64,000 nt of DNA from Alphaproteobacteria bacterium. Its GTDB lineage: Bacteria > Pseudomonadota > Alphaproteobacteria > Rs-D84. Of the stretch, positions 54,635-63,827 are shown one piece after another; positions within the stretch are counted from its first letter, which is position 1, and each line of letters begins with the position of its first letter. The DNA is taken from NCBI GenBank assembly GCA_031549365.1, contig JAVBPX010000003.1:37602-101601 (forward strand). The letters are read 5' to 3'. The notes below the pieces were generated by a model, which made no database searches, was not told the origin of the DNA, and saw only the letters and a program-made list of their open reading frames with translations. The position numbers and the translations under genes were made by a program.

Positions 54635-56713
54635 TTAAATGTCCTCGCACGATGTAATTTCTTGACATGATGTTTTTTCACCAGATGCCAACATTCCCAT
54701 TACTCCGCCGCCAACACTACCAATTGCGGTCCCAATCAATGTGCCCCAACCTGGCGACAATGATGTTCCAATTCCGGCACCTGCGGCCGCGCCACCGGCT
54801 GCGCCCAAACCAAAACTAGTTCCTTTGGATTGACCGCCAGTATCACAAACACGTTCCGTACGACACACATGACATTTGTTTGTCGAAGAATCAAATTGTA
54901 CTGTTTTAATTGATGAATCCGAATTTTTCAAAGCACCACATGTTATGCGCGCCGCATCCGATGATTCTGACTTTGCCAAAGACACCAATTTTGCCGCATA
55001 TTTTCGACCAACTCGTTGTGATGCATTTAATTTTGCAACTGATTTTGCAGAATTAAATACTGTTTCACCAACCGAACCACGACATGATTCAATCGTTTTA
55101 TTTGATTCAAATTGGGCAAAGAATTTATCAACTGCAATATTGGATTCTTTCATCCAATTTTGAACGTCTGTTGATTTTGTTAATTTATTAATACCAACAT
55201 TTTCATCCAAACATGACATATCGGCCCCACAAGATGCGCCCAATTTTTCAGCAAAATAATTTGTGCATCCCTGAACCAATTGATAATCCATTCCCAAAAA
55301 TATACTGCCACGAATTGCCGCGAATTCGGTTCCACCAATTCCATTGCACGACGCATACGTATTTTTCGGACATAATTTTTCCAAATCTGTTGTCGATTTA
55401 CCAACACATTCCGCATTGTTGTAATTTGCCCCGCATTTTTCAACATAACATGATGTTAACTCTTGCTGACAGAAACGAACACGTAAAAACGCCAATTTTG
55501 ATTCGATTGAATTTGAAATTCCTGGGACCAATTCTTCGCATTCGCCAATAACTGGGCAAATTGCTTTTGCAACCTTGACATCGTTTAGGCATGCGGAATT
55601 TGTTTTTGGAGAACACCCCTCTTCCAAACAGGATTCAATACGCGCAAAACAAGTTTTACGCTTGTTTGAATCTGTTAAAACCTCGGCATTGGCCAGGATT
55701 GTTTTTTTCTCGGCTTCGAAATCCGATATAACTAAATCACGAACCGCAGAACATTGGTTTAAAATATTTTCGCATGCTGATTGACGACGGTTTAATAAAT
55801 TTTTATCCAAACAGTTTTCAAAATTTTCACCACAGCCACCCTTGATTGCGACACATTCACGCATTGCCAATACGCATTCGCCACGATTGTATTTATTCGG
55901 ATCATTTTCAGCGCCAATATTATCATACCGAGCAGAACGCACAGATTTTTGTGCACTTAACAAATTTGACGAAGCCAATTTTTTTTGCCCATCCAAAAAT
56001 CCAACATATGACGTACAATTATCGCCAATTTGTTTTTCGTATAACATTTTTGCCATAACCGCATCGTTTCCACATTTTTGCAATTGTGTTGCACATGCTG
56101 ATAATGCAGATTGATACAAATCATCGCCAATTAAATCTTCGATAGTGTTTGTTGTCGATGATGCGCGTTTGAAATATTGGGCCATGTCGCTGGACGACAC
56201 TGTAATCTCGGAAGTATCAATTGATTTTTTCTGCACAACTTTTGCTGCATTCGTTGTTCCGAAAACCAAATCAGCCTGGGACCCCAATTTTGCACGTTCA
56301 AAATCTTCGACCAACATGCGTTCGGCATTTGATTGAATTGTTTCGATTTCGGACAATGTTTTATTCGCAGAAACTATTTTTTTAGAACAACCGCAACGCA
56401 ATTTTTCATCGTCTGTTGATAAACAAAATTTATCCATGCAATCCATATATGATTTTTGACATGCAGTTGTTGCATATGTTGATGTAGTCGATGTTGCTGA
56501 TGTGCTGGATGCGGAACCCGCAACAGCAACCCCGCGTGCGGACATTCCAACACGGGACGAAGTTTTATTTTCAGAATTTTCAGATTGATTATTTACACGG
56601 GCAACACCGGCGCGCTCGGACGCTGCGCGACGCGCAACCGTTGGCTCGGCAGCGACCGCAGCAAATGCGAATACCAAAAAAAACATGCTAAAAGCCAAAA
56701 AAACTTTTCTCAT
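54635..56713 (-). CDS. Secreted Cys-rich family protein with C-terminal glycine zipper
   Basis: CQKSYMDCMDKFC-x9-CGCS; GLGAAGGAAAGAGIG...PGWGTLIGTAIGSVGGG. Confidence 0.9.
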   Translation of the reverse strand: MRKVFLAFSMFFLVFAFAAVAAEPTVARRAASERAGVARVNNQSENSENKTSSRVGMSARGVAVAGSASSTSATSTTSTYATTACQKSYMDCMDKFCLSTDDEKLRCGCSKKIVSANKTLSEIETIQSNAERMLVEDFERAKLGSQADLVFGTTNAAKVVQKKSIDTSEITVSSSDMAQYFKRASSTTNTIEDLIGDDLYQSALSACATQLQKCGNDAVMAKMLYEKQIGDNCTSYVGFLDGQKKLASSNLLSAQKSVRSARYDNIGAENDPNKYNRGECVLAMRECVAIKGGCGENFENCLDKNLLNRRQSACENILNQCSAVRDLVISDFEAEKKTILANAEVLTDSNKRKTCFARIESCLEEGCSPKTNSACLNDVKVAKAICPVIGECEELVPGISNSIESKLAFLRVRFCQQELTSCYVEKCGANYNNAECVGKSTTDLEKLCPKNTYASCNGIGGTEFAAIRGSIFLGMDYQLVQGCTNYFAEKLGASCGADMSCLDENVGINKLTKSTDVQNWMKESNIAVDKFFAQFESNKTIESCRGSVGETVFNSAKSVAKLNASQRVGRKYAAKLVSLAKSESSDAARITCGALKNSDSSIKTVQFDSSTNKCHVCRTERVCDTGGQSKGTSFGLGAAGGAAAGAGIGTSLSPGWGTLIGTAIGSVGGGVMGMLASGEKTSCQEITSCEDI

Positions 56714-56848
56714 TCCAATATCCTTTCCTTATCTCTTGTTTATTTTATCATAAAACAGAATCATGGCACAACAATAAAATATGAAAAACATAAACTTTTT
56801 CGCGGGATATATAATAAAAAAATAGCCGGAATTAACCGGCGTATTTTA

Positions 56849-57583
56849 TTAATCGTTTGATATAATTTCAGGCGTCCGATAGAAATTCTTAGATTTATTT
56901 TTGGCCGCCGTCGAATACATATCGTTCATTATTTTTACTAAACTGGCCTTGTCTGCAATGGATGAACTGGATATGGACGCGCTGTCCGACCCATTTGTGT
57001 TAACAATTGCTGTTGAACCATTAAAATTACAATCAACAATGTATTTATCGCTTAACTCTTCACCAAAACATTTGTTTGAAACCAATTTATCGATGTAATT
57101 TGTTGAAAAATCGGAACATTTCGCGGGCTGACATTTTCCGCCAGATAATAAAACCAGACCACCTGGAACTTCGGTCCCGTCCGAAATTGCGCCGCTGCAA
57201 TAAACCTTGCACCGATCGCCATTGTACTGGGTGTATCCACTTTCGACCTTGCGCTCGCCAAAGCATCCTTGGGCCGGGATATATATTGATAAATTAAAAT
57301 CGGACGATATTGCGCGCGATGATAATCCCGATGAAATTTCATTTTTTGATAATGTTGTCCCGGATAACTTCGTTGAATCCAAAACGGCAGATGAGCATAT
57401 TATTTTTTTGCCCCAACAATTGGATGTTGCGTCCCAATCATCGGCCACATATCCGTTTGGAAAAGTTGCCATATCAGAATAACATTTTGTATCGACCCGC
57501 TGACAAACTGTTGGATGCGGGGCCGCATTTGCAATCGTTAAAAACAACACGGACGACAAAATCGAAAACAAAATTTTTCGCAT
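56849..57583 (-). CDS. Secreted Cys-containing protein
   Basis: Start MRKILF behind GAGGGG; signal peptide; about 11 Cys; followed by a GCCGG/CCGGC hairpin. Confidence 0.8.
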   Translation of the reverse strand: MRKILFSILSSVLFLTIANAAPHPTVCQRVDTKCYSDMATFPNGYVADDWDATSNCWGKKIICSSAVLDSTKLSGTTLSKNEISSGLSSRAISSDFNLSIYIPAQGCFGERKVESGYTQYNGDRCKVYCSGAISDGTEVPGGLVLLSGGKCQPAKCSDFSTNYIDKLVSNKCFGEELSDKYIVDCNFNGSTAIVNTNGSDSASISSSSIADKASLVKIMNDMYSTAAKNKSKNFYRTPEIISND

Positions 57584-57614
57584 ATTTTTAAATTCCCCTC
57601 TCCAAAACATTTTG

Positions 57615-60080
57615 TTACTTGGCGCCAAATATTGTTACTGAATTATTGTCTGAATCCACACAAACCCCCTGGCCGGATCCCGCCAATGCAGCAGTATTAT
57701 TCGCCGTCGTTTTATACCCAGAGCAAGTCGATGAAATATTATTAACCACAGCTCCACAATCCGTCTTGGACAAATTCGATATTATCAAATCAATACAGCC
57801 GCCGGTCGACAGCGTCATATCATTACCCCAAACGTCTTTTATCCCATAATTACTGGATACTTTTGAGCTACCCAAATCTGTTGCTTTGTACTTGGACATC
57901 GCTGAATTTACCGAATTTTTTAATGTTGGCAAATATGCATCTGGAACATACATATTTTCAAAAAACATCTTGGAAATATTGGAAATACATGCTGTATCAC
58001 CATCAGCCGGGCACCCTGTTGATGTTTTATTATTATCAAACACAGCTTTTGCACACGCCAACGCTTGCGGACGACAAACGTTTGTTAAAATATTTGTAAC
58101 TGTCGTCAAAGAAACATTCTCAGAAACTGATGAAACAGCATTTTTCTGATTTTCATAACATGTATATAATGTCCCCAAACAAGATGTGCGATTTGATGCG
58201 ATTAATTCTTCCTGGGACGCCTTGATTGTTGGCAAAGCACGACGAAAGAACGACATCACAACTTCGTTATTTTGATCATACGCGTTGTTCTTGTATGAAA
58301 CAGCACGACAACGATCCATAACACGACGACACATTCCGTCATCCCCTGTACCGATTTTGTTTTTTAAAAAAGTAACTGTTTGCGAAGAGCCCTTGATATA
58401 CGCATCAATTTTATCCGAAGCTATATCTGCCATGGAAATTTGATTTTTAATACTGGTGATATCCCGGCCCGATATGGCGCGACCCGACGAATCAACGTAT
58501 TGCCCAGTTACATCCAAACATTTGGAATACCCCTTGCCACAAACCAAATCATCGGTCATACAAGTTTCCAATTCGGATAAACATCCACGCAAATCAAATT
58601 TGTTTTGGTTGTTATATACATCCAGGCGGGCCTGACGCAATAAATTTTCAGCCGTCATAATATTTTTATTTAACGCAGCCGTCATATTCGACAAACCACG
58701 TTCATATGCAATACAGGCCTTGTCCATTTCCAAATCGTATGTGCCGGTTATTGCAACAGCATCAACATTTTCAGCCGCACAATTTGTCAAAATCGATTGA
58801 CAACGATTTTGTGCATTTTTAAATAATTCTTCGCCGCGCGAATTTGAGAAACTCTTTGCCGATGTCGCCATCCAAGAATTCAAACCAGATACCGCAGTCG
58901 ACAAATCAACTGTTTCAAAAGTCAATGACGAAGACGAATTTGTTGCGGCTGTGGATGCAGGATTTAAAATCATTTCTTCCAACTGATCCAAAAATTTCTT
59001 GGTTTCGGATGTATCCGGGGTTGCGCTTAATGCCAATTCCCCCTCGGTCGCGGTAAATAATGCACGAATTTCATCCTTGGAATAACCGACCAAGCGAATG
59101 TTTTGCGCGACTTTGTTTAAATCATCCCCAGCGCTTTTCAGAGTCTTTTCCTGGCCCCCCAATTCAACAATACGAGGGGAACAAGAACAACGCCCCTGAT
59201 TTTGATCCAACACATTACAAAATTGATCCATACAATCAAAATACTGTTTTTTACAATTATCATAAACGATTGATGTATCAACCGCCGCAACCGTTGTTGC
59301 AACAGACTGGGTTGTTGTTATTGGTGTTGTTATGCCAGCACGACTGGCACCCCCGGACGAACCAACCGCAACCATTCCGACACGTGCGGCATTTGTATCC
59401 GTTACGGGCACAGAAGTTGGAGATACCACTGCGGCGCGCGCGGTCGCAGCATTATTAATTTCGCCCATAACCGCGGCAGTGTCTGTTGTTGAATATGTAA
59501 CCGCAGGCGCCGATGCCGTCGTTGCGGAACGCGCGGATGTTGTTGGCACTGCGGAACGTGCGGATGTTGCACGACCGGATGAAACCGGGGTTGCGGAACG
59601 CGCAGATGTTGTTGGCATTGCCGAACGCGCAGATACGGCTCGATCTGTTGTTGTAACATTGCGCGTGGTCGTGGTGGTTGCTGAACGTGCAGATGTAGCG
59701 CGCGAACCCGTTGATATTGTTGCCGAACGCGCGGATGTTGTTGGTGTGGCCGAACGCGCGGAAATGGTTCGATCCGTTGTTGCGCGACCACCAAATGTTG
59801 GCATTCCGGAACGCGCCGACGTTGTTGAAATTGCGCGCACACCACCGGCTGTTGTGGCGGAACGTGCGGACGCTGTTGGCGTTGTCGGCTGACGAACCGA
59901 TCCAATACGCGCATTTGTTGTTGGCTCGATTGTTGTTTCGATTACATCTGAATCAACTTCGACGATATTTCCAAATTCATCGTAATATGTCGTGTATGTT
60001 GCTTGTTCATCGTAAACTTCGGCCTGTATGGCACAGACCGAAAATATTACTGCAATTAATCCAAATATAACTTTTTTCAT
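57615..60080 (-). CDS. Secreted Cys-rich family protein with long TSARSA linker and pilin-like C-terminus
   Basis: CKKQYFDCMDQFC-x9-CSCS; C-terminal DVWGND...ISNLSKTDC...C.DSDNNSVTIF. Confidence 0.9.
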   Translation of the reverse strand: MKKVIFGLIAVIFSVCAIQAEVYDEQATYTTYYDEFGNIVEVDSDVIETTIEPTTNARIGSVRQPTTPTASARSATTAGGVRAISTTSARSGMPTFGGRATTDRTISARSATPTTSARSATISTGSRATSARSATTTTTRNVTTTDRAVSARSAMPTTSARSATPVSSGRATSARSAVPTTSARSATTASAPAVTYSTTDTAAVMGEINNAATARAAVVSPTSVPVTDTNAARVGMVAVGSSGGASRAGITTPITTTQSVATTVAAVDTSIVYDNCKKQYFDCMDQFCNVLDQNQGRCSCSPRIVELGGQEKTLKSAGDDLNKVAQNIRLVGYSKDEIRALFTATEGELALSATPDTSETKKFLDQLEEMILNPASTAATNSSSSLTFETVDLSTAVSGLNSWMATSAKSFSNSRGEELFKNAQNRCQSILTNCAAENVDAVAITGTYDLEMDKACIAYERGLSNMTAALNKNIMTAENLLRQARLDVYNNQNKFDLRGCLSELETCMTDDLVCGKGYSKCLDVTGQYVDSSGRAISGRDITSIKNQISMADIASDKIDAYIKGSSQTVTFLKNKIGTGDDGMCRRVMDRCRAVSYKNNAYDQNNEVVMSFFRRALPTIKASQEELIASNRTSCLGTLYTCYENQKNAVSSVSENVSLTTVTNILTNVCRPQALACAKAVFDNNKTSTGCPADGDTACISNISKMFFENMYVPDAYLPTLKNSVNSAMSKYKATDLGSSKVSSNYGIKDVWGNDMTLSTGGCIDLIISNLSKTDCGAVVNNISSTCSGYKTTANNTAALAGSGQGVCVDSDNNSVTIFGAK

Positions 60081-60096
60081 TACGCATCCCCTGGCG

Positions 60097-61542
60097 TTAT
60101 AAATCTAGGTAGTTTCCAGTTTCAATCATGTTAATTCTGTCTGTGGTTGCGATTGAAACATTATTGTTTTCCATTTTTTCATAACAAGATGGCGCTTTGG
60201 CAACAGTCTTACATAAACTTCGAACGGTTGCTGATGCCAGTTTTGGCATACCAGCAGCAACACGATTTGCGCTGATTTCTTGCTGTTCGGAATAACACGA
60301 AACAATTTCAGATTCACATTTATTATAATTGGCCTGGGCAGTTGCCGCAGCTGCGTTACTGGTTGTTGCCTTGGTATTTGCAAATTCCAAACGTTTTTTC
60401 TGTAACAATTGTTCCGCAGCAATTTTTTGGTAATTGATGTTTTGAACTTGTTTCTTTAATTCTTCGCCATAAACATCACAATCAGCATTGGCTGCGAATG
60501 AATAACGATCATAAATTGCTTTGCGGGCCTGGGTCACAGGAGCGCGTAAATTCGCATATGGATCGGTCGTCAAATCTGCGGGCGCTGTATTTGCAATTCC
60601 GTTGAAACACATATCCTGGACGCGTTTACAAATATTTGTGTATCCCCAATTTAACAAATCCGTTCCCCACAAATCACGCAGAGGATCCGTATTGGACGTC
60701 TGGGCATCAAACAAGCCCGATGTGCTGCCCAATTGTTCCAACAATGCATTCGCTGAAATATATAAATTCGATCCGTCATCGCTGATAATTGAATCTGTGG
60801 ATGAAACGCTGTCCGCGATTGTTTTCAACGATATTAAAATATCCGAATCCGCCCCGTTTAACGAATCTGTTGGACAGCCATCTTTTTTTGTCCCATTGTA
60901 ACAACCCAACATTTCTTCGCCACCTGTCTGACGAAATGCGGCTTCGATTTTCTCCTGGTCCCCACCTGTTGCAATCAACATTGATAATTCATGTGATACT
61001 TTCAACAAATCTTCCTTGGCTTTTTCCAAACTGTTTTCAATTTGAACATATTCTTTGACGCGATTTGAACAAGCGCAACGTTTTTTCCCAGGTGCGCGTG
61101 CAGTACAAATTTCATCCATGCATGTGTAATACCCTGTTTGGCAATTATTGTATGCCTCGTTTGAAATCAAACCAGTTGTTGAATCAATAACCGAAGTTGT
61201 TACAGACGCCGTGGTTACCGCGCGAGCAGCAGACGAACTTGCACGCGCGCCCGTTGATGCGACAACACCAACGCGGGCAGAATTAACATTTGTCGCCGAA
61301 CGTGCTGATGTTCCGCGAACTGCTGTCCCACGCGTGGCTGTTGCCGCGCGCGCAGATGTTGGTCGCATTGTTCCAGCACGTGCCGCAACACCACGATTTG
61401 TTGTTTGCGTTGCCGCACGCGAAACATTTGCACGCCCAACCGTACCACGAACCGGTGCGACGTCTGCCGCAAAACAATACACCGGAACCGCAATCAATGC
61501 GGCCATAATTGATGCAAATAAATTCCTGTTTATATTAAACAT
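60097..61542 (-). CDS. Secreted Cys-rich family protein
   Basis: AAAGGA RBS, signal peptide, ARAA linker, CQTGYYTCMDEIC-x9-CACS. Confidence 0.88.
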   Translation of the reverse strand: MFNINRNLFASIMAALIAVPVYCFAADVAPVRGTVGRANVSRAATQTTNRGVAARAGTMRPTSARAATATRGTAVRGTSARSATNVNSARVGVVASTGARASSSAARAVTTASVTTSVIDSTTGLISNEAYNNCQTGYYTCMDEICTARAPGKKRCACSNRVKEYVQIENSLEKAKEDLLKVSHELSMLIATGGDQEKIEAAFRQTGGEEMLGCYNGTKKDGCPTDSLNGADSDILISLKTIADSVSSTDSIISDDGSNLYISANALLEQLGSTSGLFDAQTSNTDPLRDLWGTDLLNWGYTNICKRVQDMCFNGIANTAPADLTTDPYANLRAPVTQARKAIYDRYSFAANADCDVYGEELKKQVQNINYQKIAAEQLLQKKRLEFANTKATTSNAAAATAQANYNKCESEIVSCYSEQQEISANRVAAGMPKLASATVRSLCKTVAKAPSCYEKMENNNVSIATTDRINMIETGNYLDL

Positions 61543-61615
61543 GGCACATCCTTTCCTTATAATCTTTTTGATTATATCAATTTTTTCAAATTATGTCAAA
61601 AGTTTATTACAAAAA

Positions 61616-61638
61616 AACCGCCCGGACACTGGGCGGTT
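61616..61638 (-). terminator. Intrinsic terminator within the array
   Basis: AACCGCCC-loop-GGGCGGTT followed by T7 on the minus strand. Confidence 0.7.
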
Positions 61639-61660
61639 ATTATTTGTAAAATATTTGAAA

Positions 61661-62398
61661 CTATTCCTCTTCTTCGTTATCGACCAACAACGTTTCATAT
61701 TTATTTTTATACTTTTCTGCATTTGTTTTATAAATTTTCAAAAACGATCTATAATCACTGCAATCAACCGTAATTTGATCCATGTATTTTGATTTCAATT
61801 GCTGGTCATAATTTTCACAATTTTCCAATCCAGACATAATCGAATTATGATTGCGAATAAAATCAGAGTCAATTTCATTTGCCAATTTGTTATTCCAATA
61901 TAATGACTCCAGCTCCGAAATTAACTGTTGTATGACAATAAAATCTTCGGTTTCGTTTGTCGAGCGCATAGATCCCCGCTGACCCAATTTATCAGCAATT
62001 TTGTTTAAATCTGACGCCAATTCAGCCAAGTCTAGCTGATAATCAGATTCAATCGATTTAATGCCGGACGAGCAAGAGCATGTTTTATGGGGCTCTGCCG
62101 TCGGTTCGCAATCGCCATCCATCGTTGATTTGTATTCGGTCCAACACGATGTAAAAGTTCTGGCTGATGTTGTTGGGTCATCGTTATCCGTTGTTGATTT
62201 GGATTTTGTTTTTGCGGTCGGCAAGCCATTTGCCTTGACTGATTTTGGCGTCGCAGATGTTCGTATTGATCCGCCCGACGATGTGCCAGATGTTGAACCC
62301 TTTAATCCGCCCATTGATCCGCCGCCCAATCCTGCGTTTGCGACAAATGGGATAATTGCAATTAATGCAATCGCCGATAAAATTTTAAATATTTTCAT
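61661..62398 (-). CDS. Secreted short family member (degenerate core)
   Basis: Start MKIFK; CWTEYKSTMDGDC-x9-CSCS and YMDQITVDCSDY. Confidence 0.85.
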   Translation of the reverse strand: MKIFKILSAIALIAIIPFVANAGLGGGSMGGLKGSTSGTSSGGSIRTSATPKSVKANGLPTAKTKSKSTTDNDDPTTSARTFTSCWTEYKSTMDGDCEPTAEPHKTCSCSSGIKSIESDYQLDLAELASDLNKIADKLGQRGSMRSTNETEDFIVIQQLISELESLYWNNKLANEIDSDFIRNHNSIMSGLENCENYDQQLKSKYMDQITVDCSDYRSFLKIYKTNAEKYKNKYETLLVDNEEEE

Positions 62399-62412
62399 AT
62401 TCGCCCCGCCTT

Positions 62413-63477
62413 TTAATTTATTGTGCAATATTTTGTTGTTCCACGCTGACATAAAATCTTTTTCGCATTTGCCTCAATCTGTTTTAACCCGGCTTCATAT
62501 GTCATGCACGCCTTGTTAACTTCGGATCTATAAACATTTTTCAAAGTTGATTGCATGTAATAACAACCCTGTAAATGCTGCAAACAATAATTGTTGGCTG
62601 TATCATACGCAGCCTGGCCTTTTAATTGATTTGATGCCTTGGCCCAATCAATTTTTAATGAATTTTCCAATGATCCCAATGACGCCAAATCAGCCTGCAT
62701 TTCTTGAATACTCATATAATCTTTGGATGCAGAATCCCCAATTTGCGATGCGACAATTTCTTCCATCAATCCATCAATGCTTGGCTGAACGCCATTTTCA
62801 ATTTCAATTAAACGATCCGAACAAAAACAGCGCTTATATTTCGAAGTTTCTGTCAAACAGTAACCATCCATACATTTTTGATAATCTGCAATACAACGAT
62901 CGGACGATACTGCCGATGCATTCGGGTCATCCGTTACAATCGCTGTTGATTGATTTATTGTATTCGTGCCTGAACGCGCATTTGTTGTCGAACGCGCCAT
63001 GGACGTTGTCCCTGCACGGGCTGTTGATGTGCCCGACCGCGCAACAACACCGCGACCAGCCGACGCGGACGACGCAACCCTTGCTGGACTGGTGGATGTT
63101 ACCGAACTCGCCATAGACGTTGTCCCAGCGCGGGCCATTGATGCACCCGACCGCGCAACAACACCACGCTTTCCACCAGTTGCTACATTACCTGAATTCT
63201 TTGCCATGGTTCCCGTTTGAACCGCACGAATATTATTTGCTGTTGTAACGCTTGCAGAACGCGCTGCATTAATTTCCAAACGGTTTTTCATTGCCTGGGT
63301 CATATATGGTGTCATTGACGACAATGATTGTTGATTTGCATACGCCGATACATTCCGACCAGTTAATGATGCACCAGACATTTCTTGGTTTATATCAACC
63401 GCAGACGCAGCATGCACCGCCCCAGGGCCAAAAATGGCACAAAAAATAATAAACAAAATCAAATGATACTGCCTCAT
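62413..63477 (-). CDS. Secreted Cys-rich family protein
   Basis: Signal peptide; duplicated GVVARSG..ARAGTTSMA; CIADYQKCMDGYC-x9-CFCS. Confidence 0.88.
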   Translation of the reverse strand: MRQYHLILFIIFCAIFGPGAVHAASAVDINQEMSGASLTGRNVSAYANQQSLSSMTPYMTQAMKNRLEINAARSASVTTANNIRAVQTGTMAKNSGNVATGGKRGVVARSGASMARAGTTSMASSVTSTSPARVASSASAGRGVVARSGTSTARAGTTSMARSTTNARSGTNTINQSTAIVTDDPNASAVSSDRCIADYQKCMDGYCLTETSKYKRCFCSDRLIEIENGVQPSIDGLMEEIVASQIGDSASKDYMSIQEMQADLASLGSLENSLKIDWAKASNQLKGQAAYDTANNYCLQHLQGCYYMQSTLKNVYRSEVNKACMTYEAGLKQIEANAKKILCQRGTTKYCTIN

Positions 63478-63544
63478 AACAACATCTTATCATGTTTATC
63501 AAAATTCGTACAAGGGAAATATTAGGCATTTTCAAAAAGATAAC

Positions 63545-63573
63545 TTGAAAATCCGATATAATACTATTATAAT
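63545..63573 (+). promoter_or_regulatory. Sigma70 promoter for the tRNA-Arg locus
   Basis: TTGAAA-N17-TATAAT. Confidence 0.7.
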
Positions 63574-63590
63574 GCGCTAGCAAATTTGAT

Positions 63591-63634
63591 GTGCCCATAG
63601 CTCAGCTGGATAGAGCACCGGATTTCTAATCGGG
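63591..63634 (+). pseudogene. tRNA-Arg(TCT)-like 5' half fragment
   Basis: GTGCCCATAGCTCAGCTGGATAGAGCA-CCGGA-TTTCTAA-TCGGG, with no T-arm or 3' acceptor strand after it. Confidence 0.7.
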
Positions 63635-63827
63635 CGCCGGGGATATGGATAAAACAGGATAAACCGCGATTAAGCTAGAGTGAGAGCGAGATTGCGAAAA
63701 AGACGAACAGGATAAAACTGGATAGAAAAAGATTGAATTCCGCCAAGATATAAGTAAAATGCTACATATCTGCTACACGGAATGCTACATAGAAGAAGTA
63801 CCGTCCCAGCCGGTGAAAAAAAGTTTT

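Noticed and set aside
59510-59900. Possible CRISPR array or non-coding repeat array
   Set aside because: Repeats are degenerate, in-frame, vary at synonymous positions and have no constant repeat/spacer period; no cas genes in the window.
51449-63220. Long plus-strand ORFs with 'AERAD' repeats (e.g. 59332-59892, 61148-61792)
   Set aside because: Antisense shadows of the GC-rich TSARSA linkers; no RBS or signal peptide, and the minus-strand genes carry the conserved motifs.
44332-63477. Multiheme cytochromes or Fe-S proteins as the explanation for the Cys content
   Set aside because: No CxxCH motifs seen; Sec signal peptides and paired Cys spacing favour disulfides.
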